From the NCBI GenBank assembly GCA_043818055.1, contig JBDRGF010000092.1, positions 1 through 14,350 of the forward strand: DNA of 14,350 bases. The letters are read 5' to 3'. This DNA is from Pseudomonadota bacterium. Lineage in GTDB: Bacteria > UBA10199 > 2-02-FULL-44-16 > JBDRGF01. Below, piece after piece: positions 6,509-13,667 of the stretch (position 1 is the stretch's first letter; every line of letters begins with the position of its first letter). A program made the position numbers and the translations under genes. The notes under the pieces are model-generated. The model was not told the DNA's origin, did not search any database, and saw only the letters and a program-made list of their open reading frames with translations.

Positions 6509-7516
6509 ATGTTAGTGCTCGGCATTGAAAGTTCGTGCGATGAAACAGCAGCGGCCGTGTTAGATGGTGATGTACTTCTCTCCAGCAAGGTTGCGACTCA
6601 GGAAGAAGTGCATGCTCCTTACGGTGGCGTGGTCCCTGAGCTCGCTAGCCGCAGACACCTTGAAGTTATCTCGCCTGTCATCCAGTCGGCATTAAAAGAG
6701 GCAAAGGTGTCGATCGACGATATCGAAGGAATTGCCGTGACCAAAGCCCCCGGTCTTGTAGTTGCGTTGCTCGTGGGACTTTCAATGGCCAAGGGTCTGG
6801 CCTTTGCTAAAGGAATACCCATCGTCGGCGTCAATCATCTTGAGGGACATCTCGGGGCTGTCTTTCTGGAATATAAAGATTTAGAATTTCCATGGATAGG
6901 GCTTGTCGTGTCAGGCGGACATACGAGCCTCTATCTTGTGAAGGAATTCGGCAGCTATGAGCTTTTAGGTGCCACATGTGATGATGCAGCGGGTGAGGCA
7001 TTTGATAAGGTTGCAAAGCTCTTGGGACTTGGATATCCCGGTGGACCTCTGATTCAGAAAAGGGCTCAGTCAGGAAATCCCGATCGTTTCAAATTTACAA
7101 AACCAAAACTTTCATCAGGGGATTACGACTTTAGTTTTTCGGGCATCAAGACGGCGTGCCTTGTGAAAAACAAGGAGGCTCTTAGCAATAATATGCGGGA
7201 CGAGAAATTTGTCGATGATCTTGCCGCAAGCTTCCAGAAGACTGCCGTTAGATTTCTTACGGACAATCTCTTTGCTGTTGCGCATAAATTCAAGGCTAAA
7301 GGAGTTGCGATATCGGGCGGGGTTGCTGCAAATGCTCTTTTGAGGAGCGAAGTCGAAAGGCTGTCCAAGGAGGAGGAATTCAATTGTTACATGCCGCGCT
7401 TGAGCTATTGCACCGATAACGCTGCGATGATTGCGTATGTCGGTTCGCGATATTTAAAACAGGGAAAGCGGGATGGCCTTGATCTGAACGCGACTGCAAA
7501 TGAGGAAATTTGTTAA
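6509..7516 (+). CDS. tsaD: tRNA N6-threonylcarbamoyladenosine synthase TsaD
   Basis: LGIESSCDETAAA, YGGVVPELASRRH, NHLEGH, VSGGHT, DDAAGEAFDKVAKLLGLGYPGGP, CTDNAAMIA. GGAGG upstream of ATG 6509. Confidence 0.98.
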   Translation: MLVLGIESSCDETAAAVLDGDVLLSSKVATQEEVHAPYGGVVPELASRRHLEVISPVIQSALKEAKVSIDDIEGIAVTKAPGLVVALLVGLSMAKGLAFAKGIPIVGVNHLEGHLGAVFLEYKDLEFPWIGLVVSGGHTSLYLVKEFGSYELLGATCDDAAGEAFDKVAKLLGLGYPGGPLIQKRAQSGNPDRFKFTKPKLSSGDYDFSFSGIKTACLVKNKEALSNNMRDEKFVDDLAASFQKTAVRFLTDNLFAVAHKFKAKGVAISGGVAANALLRSEVERLSKEEEFNCYMPRLSYCTDNAAMIAYVGSRYLKQGKRDGLDLNATANEEIC

Positions 7517-7546
7517 TAGAATGCTATGTGGTTTAAAATTATACTA

Positions 7547-7608
7547 TGTAGAGGTCGACCTCATGTGTCGACCCGAAGAACGGGCTGACACGTGGGTCAG
7601 CCCCTACA
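7547..7608. repeat. GTAG-type REP doublet (different subtype)
   Basis: TGTAGAGGTCGACCTCATGTGTCGACCC - GAAGAAC - GGGCTGACACGTGGGTCAGCCCCTACA. Confidence 0.85.
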
Positions 7609-7651
7609 AAAGCTTTCGCTAGGATCAAAATAACAAAAAGAGGTTTGCTTA

Positions 7652-8494
7652 ATGTCAACGCCAACTGAGCTGATTAAAAAGTACGATATCAAGGCAAAAA
7701 AAAACTTAGGCCAAAATTTTCTAATCGAACCCTCCATCATAGATAAAATTGTCAAACTGCTCGAGATTGATTACAAGGATACCATTCTGGAAATAGGGCC
7801 TGGGCTTGGGGCTCTGACATATAGATTAACCGAGTTTCCAAATCGTCTGATAGCGATAGAAAAAGACAGCTCTCTCTACGAAATTTTGCAATTGGAATTC
7901 AATGATAAAAAAAATGTTGAAATTATCAATCAGGATATTCTTAAAATCGATCTCGCGAAATTAGCGAAGGGTAAAATAAAAATTGTCGGCAATCTGCCAT
8001 ATAACATCTCGAGTCCTATCATATTCTGGATGATAAAATTCAGGGAGCATATCGATACGGCGACCATCATGCTTCAGAAGGAGGTGGGACGGCGTCTCAC
8101 AGCACCTTCCGGGAACAAAGATTATGGAATCTTGTCAGTCATTTGCCAGGCGTGGGCGGATTGTAAAATGTGCTTTAATATCCCGCCATCCTGCTTCAAT
8201 CCTCCCCCAAAGGTCACATCCAGCATCGTGAAATTAAAGTTTCGAAAGCCGTCGATTGATCTGAAAGATCCTGTTCTTTTTGAAAGGGTTGTTTCATCAG
8301 CTTTCGGCAAAAGGCGAAAAACTATTGTAAATTCAATCAAGTCTTCAAATTTGGAAATTTCAGAAACGGCTCTATTGTCTGCATTAAAAGGGCTTGGAAT
8401 ATCGGAAAAATCCCGGGCTGAAGTCCTATCGTCAAAGCAGTTTATCGAGCTCACCAACGCTCTTTCCGATCTGGACAAGAGAAACGCTTGCTGA
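7652..8494 (+). CDS. rsmA: 16S rRNA adenine dimethyltransferase RsmA/KsgA
   Basis: KKNLGQNFL, LEIGPGLGALT, VGNLPYNISSP, MLQKEV, FNPPPKVTS, FGKRRKTI. Confidence 0.98.
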   Translation: MSTPTELIKKYDIKAKKNLGQNFLIEPSIIDKIVKLLEIDYKDTILEIGPGLGALTYRLTEFPNRLIAIEKDSSLYEILQLEFNDKKNVEIINQDILKIDLAKLAKGKIKIVGNLPYNISSPIIFWMIKFREHIDTATIMLQKEVGRRLTAPSGNKDYGILSVICQAWADCKMCFNIPPSCFNPPPKVTSSIVKLKFRKPSIDLKDPVLFERVVSSAFGKRRKTIVNSIKSSNLEISETALLSALKGLGISEKSRAEVLSSKQFIELTNALSDLDKRNAC

Positions 8495-8508
8495 TATAGC
8501 TCATCCCG

Positions 8509-9141
8509 ATGAACGAATTAAATTACATAGCAGTCGATGGCCCGATCGGTGCCGGTAAGACTACTCTTGTCAATATGCTTTCTAAAACGCTCGCTGCTAA
8601 AGCCTTCTATGAACCCGCATCAAAGAATCCTTTTCTGCCGGATTTTTATAGCAATCCAGATGACAATGCCTTCAAGACACAGCTCTTCTTTCTTCTGAGC
8701 AGATATCAGCAACAGGCTGAAATTACCAGGCGTTGCATCGACAACAAGCGTGTGATTTGTGATTACACATTTGCAAAGGATTCGATCTTCGCAGGTGTGA
8801 ATTTGAAAACAGATGAGCTGGAACTTTACAATAGTATTTTCGAGCTTTTGAGCACGAAACTTGTGAAGCCTAATCTCGCGATATATCTGAGGGCCGAGGG
8901 AAAAGTTCTGCTTCAGAGGATCAAAAAACGAAATATCGACTATGAGAAAAAGATAAACATCTCCTATCTCGACAGACTCACCAACGCCTTTGATGATTAT
9001 TTTCTAAAATACACGAAGACCCCACTTCTCGTTGTGGAAACGACGAATGCCGATTATCTCAGCAGCCCGGAAGATTTTGAAAATCTCAAAAAAGAGATCA
9101 AAAACCACCGCGGCGGCACTGTGCATTTTATTTCAAGATGA
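8509..9141 (+). CDS. Deoxynucleoside kinase family protein
   Basis: IAVDGPIGAGKTT P-loop, EP..NPFL.DFY, QLFFLLSRYQQ, lid RIKKRNIDYE. Confidence 0.92.
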   Translation: MNELNYIAVDGPIGAGKTTLVNMLSKTLAAKAFYEPASKNPFLPDFYSNPDDNAFKTQLFFLLSRYQQQAEITRRCIDNKRVICDYTFAKDSIFAGVNLKTDELELYNSIFELLSTKLVKPNLAIYLRAEGKVLLQRIKKRNIDYEKKINISYLDRLTNAFDDYFLKYTKTPLLVVETTNADYLSSPEDFENLKKEIKNHRGGTVHFISR

Positions 9142-9142
9142 A

Positions 9143-9234
9143 GCTGTGCTATGCGTTTTGTGTTGTGTGCTTTGCGCTTATGTATGAATGTTGATTTTTT
9201 TCGCATAGCGCATAACTCAGAGCTCATAGCGGCT
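9143..9234. repeat. Inverted pair of degenerate heptamer tandem arrays (consensus GCTATGC)
   Basis: Left GCTATGC GTTTTGT GTTGTGT GCTTTGC (9148-9175). Right CGCATAG CGCATAA CTCAGAG CTCATAG (9202-9229) is its imperfect reverse complement. Confidence 0.7.
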
Positions 9235-9279
9235 ATATTCCTATTGATAACTGTTGCCGGCTCTGATAAATAAACAAAT

Positions 9280-10560
9280 ATGGAGATCATCTCAGCCAAA
9301 TACATGCTTCCCATGACAAATGGGTGCCCCGTCATCGAGGATAATGCTATAGCTACCGACCTCGATCGCATCGTCGACATCGGATCAAAAGAGGATTTGG
9401 TCAAGCGCTATCCAACTGCGGAGCTGAAAGAATATCCTGGCTCTGTTCTCATGCCGGGCCTTGTGAATGCGCACTGTCATCTCGACCTCGTGAATTTCAG
9501 TTGTATCGACAATGAGGAGTTTGAACCGGCAACACCACCCGAAGACCCGATTGAAAATTTGATCGCTACTATTCTCTATAAGCAGGATGCAAAACCGGAT
9601 AGGGTGTATGTAGGGATGCAGAGGGGTGCGATGCGTCTCATTGAGACGGGCGTCACATGTATCGGTGATGTCACTCATTTCGAGGGGACATTCCGGTTGC
9701 TCGACGAGGTGGGTCTCAGAGCTGTTGTTTTTCCAGAGGTGCTTGCAGGAATAGGGCCGCAGACGAAGGATAGATTTGAAGTAGCGCTCGCCCTGATAGA
9801 TAAATACATGTCCGCCTCTCACACGAGGATACAGCTTGGGATCGGTCCCTACTCTCCATACACATTATCGCGCCAGCTTTTGAAGATCATCAGTCAGCAC
9901 GCGAGGGAGGCGTCGATACCGATTCAGATCCATGCGGCTGAGACATTTGCTGAGATGGAGTTTTTCTTCGATTCACAGGGTCCGATCGCGACAGAGTTAT
10001 TTCCTGCTTTAGGTTGGAAGGAGCTCCCGCCGGAGCAGAGAAAGACACCCATACAATATCTCTCTGATATAGGATTTCTCGATGCACCTGTGACTATAGT
10101 CGGTGCTTTGCATCTCTCTAAAGGGGATTGCCCGCTTCTTGCGAGGAACTTAACGCAGGTGATCTATTGCCCTTCAAATAACGAATACTTAAAGCTCGGG
10201 ACGCTTCCATATGGAAACCTCGTCAAGGCTGGCATTCCGATAGGGATAGGCACGGAGCAGTGGCGGGGGAGGTTGGGTTTCAATCTCTGGGAGGAGTTGA
10301 GGATAGCTTCGAAGCGTGGATCGAACCCGATTCCCACAGCGCAGGAGCTGGTAAGAATGGCGACGATCGGTGGAGCCAGAACCCTTGGTCTTTCGCATAA
10401 CATCGGCACTATTGAAAATGGCAAGAAGGCCGATTTTATCGTGATCACCCCTTCCAAGAAGTTCTCGAAGGGGAGACTCTATGAAGATCTCATCGAGACA
10501 ACACAGCCTCAACATATTGTCCTTGTGGTAGTCAATGGAAAGATACTGAAGAGAAAATAA
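9280..10560 (+). CDS. Metal-dependent amidohydrolase (MTA/SAH-deaminase/SsnA-like subgroup)
   Basis: LMPGLVNAHCHLD, TGVTCIGD, GPYSPYT, IHAAET, CPSNN, ATIGGARTLG, GTIENGKKADF. Confidence 0.9.
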   Translation: MEIISAKYMLPMTNGCPVIEDNAIATDLDRIVDIGSKEDLVKRYPTAELKEYPGSVLMPGLVNAHCHLDLVNFSCIDNEEFEPATPPEDPIENLIATILYKQDAKPDRVYVGMQRGAMRLIETGVTCIGDVTHFEGTFRLLDEVGLRAVVFPEVLAGIGPQTKDRFEVALALIDKYMSASHTRIQLGIGPYSPYTLSRQLLKIISQHAREASIPIQIHAAETFAEMEFFFDSQGPIATELFPALGWKELPPEQRKTPIQYLSDIGFLDAPVTIVGALHLSKGDCPLLARNLTQVIYCPSNNEYLKLGTLPYGNLVKAGIPIGIGTEQWRGRLGFNLWEELRIASKRGSNPIPTAQELVRMATIGGARTLGLSHNIGTIENGKKADFIVITPSKKFSKGRLYEDLIETTQPQHIVLVVVNGKILKRK

Positions 10561-11186
10561 TGAAAATAGTTAAATCGATACCACATTTGATCAAGACGAG
10601 CCTCATTGCCGGAGCGCTCGTTGTCATCCCGATAATTCTGACTTTCTGGGTTTTGAAATTCATCATAACCTCTATGGATAGTTTTATCACTTCGCTTTTT
10701 CCAGAATCGTTAAATCCAGAGACGCTAATAGGTCACGATATTCCGGGGTTCGGGCTTGTTTCGACGCTCATCCTTCTGGTGGTCGTGGGAATATTCACCC
10801 GACTCTACATAGTAAGGAAACTGGTGCGTTTGGGCGATTGGGTTATTTCTAAATTGCCTGTGGGAAGAGGGATCTATTCAGTATTCAAGAAATTTTTGGC
10901 TACGATTTTGAGCCAGGATTCTACGAGATTCAAACAGGCTGTCCTTATTGATTATCCGAGGATGGGTTGCAAAGCGATCGCTTTTCTAACTGGAGATGCC
11001 CCGCCATCGATTCAGACCAGGACCGAAAAAAAGATGGTAGGAGTCTTCGTCCCAACGACGCCCAATCCTACATCCGGATTTTATATCATCCTGCCCGAGG
11101 AGGATATTATAAGGCTTCCTATTTCGATTGAACGTGCCTTTCAGCTGATCATCTCAGGGGGCATCATCTCTGATGACAGGACGTGA
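10560..11186 (+). CDS. DUF502 family membrane protein
   Basis: Two N-terminal TM segments and the signature VFVPTTPNPTSGF..LIISGG. Coupled to the upstream gene through TAATG. Confidence 0.92.
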   Translation: MKIVKSIPHLIKTSLIAGALVVIPIILTFWVLKFIITSMDSFITSLFPESLNPETLIGHDIPGFGLVSTLILLVVVGIFTRLYIVRKLVRLGDWVISKLPVGRGIYSVFKKFLATILSQDSTRFKQAVLIDYPRMGCKAIAFLTGDAPPSIQTRTEKKMVGVFVPTTPNPTSGFYIILPEEDIIRLPISIERAFQLIISGGIISDDRT

Positions 11187-11192
11187 TCTCCC

Positions 11193-11648
11193 ATGAGCGT
11201 TAAAATTATCTGCAAAAATAAAAAGGCCCTTTTCAAGTTTGCGATCTCAGAGCGGATCGAAGCTGGGATAGTCCTGCACGGCCCTGAGATCAAGAGCATC
11301 AGGGATGGTAATGCCAACCTCTCCGACGCCTACGCTATCATGAAGGGTGGCGAGGCCTACCTGATAAACCTTCATATCAGCCCATATCAAGCGGCCTCCT
11401 ACATGAATCAGGAACCCAAAAGGGAGCGAAAGCTTCTCATGCACAAAAAGGAGATCGAAAAGCTAGCAGGAAAGCTAGACACCAAGGGCTTAACGCTCGT
11501 CCCTGTCTCGCTCTATTTTAAAAACGGCCGTGTAAAGGTCGAACTGGGCCTGGGGAAGGGAAAGAAGTTGTACGACAAACGAGCAACAATAGAAAAACGC
11601 GATTCAGACCGAAAGCTCAGACGAATGGTGAAACATAAACAGAGATAA
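11193..11648 (+). CDS. smpB: SsrA-binding protein SmpB
   Basis: NKKA.F, EAGIVLHGPEIKSIR, RERKLLMHKKEI, GKGKKLYDKR. Adjacent to tmRNA. Confidence 0.98.
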   Translation: MSVKIICKNKKALFKFAISERIEAGIVLHGPEIKSIRDGNANLSDAYAIMKGGEAYLINLHISPYQAASYMNQEPKRERKLLMHKKEIEKLAGKLDTKGLTLVPVSLYFKNGRVKVELGLGKGKKLYDKRATIEKRDSDRKLRRMVKHKQR

Positions 11649-11808
11649 AAATGCTAAATCCCAAATTACAAGCATCAAATAACAAATAAATTCCAAATCT
11701 CAAATTCGAAAAATAACTGATTAAACATTGATATTTACGATTTATCTGCTATTTGGTGGTTGGTTTTTGAAATTTGTTTGTAATTTGTTTTTTGAAAATT
11801 GGAATTTT
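11649..11808. repeat. Inverted pair of degenerate heptamer tandem arrays (consensus AAATYNC / GNRATTT)
   Basis: AAATGCT AAATCCC AAATTAC AAGCATC AAATAAC (AAAT) AAATTCC AAATCTC AAATTCG (11649-11708), followed by a T/G-rich mirror array (ATTTGGT GGTTGGT TTTTGAA ATTTGTT ... TTGGAATTT) to 11808. Confidence 0.8.
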
Positions 11809-11833
11809 CCCGATGCTTTTGCATCGGGTTTTT
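11809..11833 (+). terminator. Terminator-like hairpin abutting the 5' end of tmRNA
   Basis: CCCGATGC-TTTT-GCATCGGG (perfect 8-bp stem) followed by TTTTT. Confidence 0.55.
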
Positions 11834-12186
11834 GGGGGCGAAATAGATTTCGACGGGGATATGTCACAGCATAAGTGGCGCGTCGACCTCTCAGTAAGTC
11901 GTTAAACTATTGGGGAAACCATAAATGCAGAACCATTAGCATTAGCTGCTTAATTAAAAGCAGCACGTCAACCGGCCGACACCTGTTAAGTCGAATTGAC
12001 GTCAATTAGCAGGTTAGCTTCTCCAAGTTTGCTTTAGCGCGGAGCGGCGAAACTCATTAAAGCTGGCTCGAAGCGAATCCTGTTCCTGGGAGTTGTCAAG
12101 AGCGAGACTCAAATTCAGGAAATACACGCGTAGAAGCTTATGTTGTATATCTTCGGACCCGGGTGCGATTCCCGGCGCCTCCACCA
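11834..12186 (+). ncRNA. ssrA: tmRNA (one-piece, 353 nt), encoded tag AEPLALAA*
   Basis: 5' GGGGGCGAAATAGATTTCGACGGGG and 3' CCGGGTGCGATTCCCGGCGCCTCCACCA. The acceptor stem has the G3-U alanine determinant and an encoded CCA. Tag frame ATAAAT|GCA GAA CCA TTA GCA TTA GCT GCT TAA (11927-11953). Lies next to smpB. Confidence 0.97.
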
Positions 12187-12294
12187 GCCTTCGCTCCGAA
12201 TGAAATGAGGAGCGAAGGCTGCCGCGCCGAAGCTTAATAGCGAAGGCGGGCTAACCAGTTACAACAAACAAATGAGCTACGGCTCGGCAGGCCA
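12185..12294. repeat. GC-rich structured inverted-repeat element immediately 3' of ssrA
   Basis: Perfect 13-bp IR 12185-12197 / 12209-12221. A second IR, 12219-12234 / 12275-12290, matches at 14 of 16. AGCGAAGGC occurs twice (12211, 12239). Confidence 0.7.
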
Positions 12295-12406
12295 CTTAAA
12301 ATGCGATTTTATCCACTTTACAACCAATATGAAAATTCACATATATCTTTTCAAGTACTAAATCTGATGTATAATAGAGACTGATAAGTTTTTAAGAGGT
12401 GCGAAA

Positions 12407-13138
12407 TTGAATAATAAAAAGCTAAAAAAACCACCGATAATAGAAGCAATAATAGGGATTGCTTTAAGCAAACCTATATATTCACTAGAAACACTCGAAT
12501 CTCTTTATAAGTCTAATTTCTCAGATATTTTTGCTAAAAAAGAAACCCGGAAGAATTTTATAGCTCATATTGATATAAACACTAATGCTTTTAAATCTGA
12601 TGGTAGAGAAATGGGTTTAAAACTAAGCACTGACCCAAAGGACTTAACCCTATTCTTGGAGATAAATAGATTATCTCTAAGCAAACTTGCCCCATATGAA
12701 AGCGGAGAAAGTCTGTTAAAACAATATAAAGGTTTTTGGAATACTTATATAGAAAAATATGAGGGTGAAATTAATATTCAGGATATTGCCTCTCGTTCCA
12801 TTAATAGATTTGTCCTTCCAATTGATAAATTAGGTCTCTTTGCAATTAAGCCGGTAATGCTTAGTGAAAATCTTATTCTTTTTGGTAACTATGCCGGTCA
12901 ATATATAATAATTTCCTCACGGTTTAACGCAAAGGCTATAATAAATGTAAATATTAAACCGCTGGAAAATAAAAAAGTTGAAATAACTTTTGATATTGAT
13001 GCTCACAATGTAATCAATGTTAAATATAATAACTTTGAATCTGATATTGAATCCATATTTATGAGATTAAGAGAGTTTAAAAATGATATTTTCTTCTCTA
13101 ATTTACCAAAAGCTAACATAATGGAGGAGTTTCAATAA
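12407..13138 (+). CDS. TIGR04255-like uncharacterised protein
   Basis: N-terminal LKKPPIIEAIIGI, central L.PY and IASRSINRF (family R-Y-I-N-like), C-terminal FDIDA..LREFKNDIFF. TTG start with AGAGGTG RBS. Family call by motif recall. Confidence 0.75.
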   Translation: MNNKKLKKPPIIEAIIGIALSKPIYSLETLESLYKSNFSDIFAKKETRKNFIAHIDINTNAFKSDGREMGLKLSTDPKDLTLFLEINRLSLSKLAPYESGESLLKQYKGFWNTYIEKYEGEINIQDIASRSINRFVLPIDKLGLFAIKPVMLSENLILFGNYAGQYIIISSRFNAKAIINVNIKPLENKKVEITFDIDAHNVINVKYNNFESDIESIFMRLREFKNDIFFSNLPKANIMEEFQ

Positions 13139-13665
13139 TGGCAACTGCAATAGCCTTAGACATGTCACTTCCTAAAAATCATCCTCCACCTATATTTGAT
13201 TGTAAAGCATGTTTTAGATCTGAGGAGTCGACTTCCCGTGATAATAAGGTATTGGTGTTCCCGAAGACAACATCTATCGATGAAACTCCTAAACAGACAG
13301 CTATATCTGCAAGTGAAAATTTTGATGAAGAGTTAAAATATATTATTAATAATTGTTTAGTAGCAAATTGGGATAATGAAGGCGCAGCTTCAATTTCAGA
13401 AAAATCCATCAAATATGCGATAGACTTTATTGGATTATTGCCCAATACAATTTCACTACCTGAGCTAGTCCCTGAGCCAAGTGGGGAGCTTGCTATGGTT
13501 TGGTGGAAAAATGGCTTTCATCTAGCCTTAGGAATAGACAATGATAGTAATGCTGCATACGGTGCAACAACACCTAGTAAAGGAAAAATTTTTGGTGACT
13601 TTAAATTTAAATATGAAATTCCACTAGAATTAATACAACTACTAGAAAAAATAGAATCTGTTTAA
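13138..13665 (+). CDS. Conserved hypothetical protein (NWDxxGA..P..VPEPSGELAMVW motif)
   Basis: 175-aa ORF coupled through TAATG, with GGAGGAG RBS. Likely disordered N-terminal ~60 aa, then a compact alpha+beta domain. Confidence 0.75.
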   Translation: MATAIALDMSLPKNHPPPIFDCKACFRSEESTSRDNKVLVFPKTTSIDETPKQTAISASENFDEELKYIINNCLVANWDNEGAASISEKSIKYAIDFIGLLPNTISLPELVPEPSGELAMVWWKNGFHLALGIDNDSNAAYGATTPSKGKIFGDFKFKYEIPLELIQLLEKIESV

Positions 13666-13667
13666 TC

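Noticed and set aside
4606..10515. Minus-strand ORFs overlapping pal, cpoB, tsaD, rsmA, dNK and the amidohydrolase
   Set aside because: Antisense shadows of conserved genes, with no motifs.
11649..11808. CRISPR array or coding repeat
   Set aside because: Degenerate 7-nt period, no spacers, no credible ORF.
12150..12186. Separate tRNA gene
   Set aside because: It is the T-arm and acceptor half of the tmRNA, pairing with 11834-11840.
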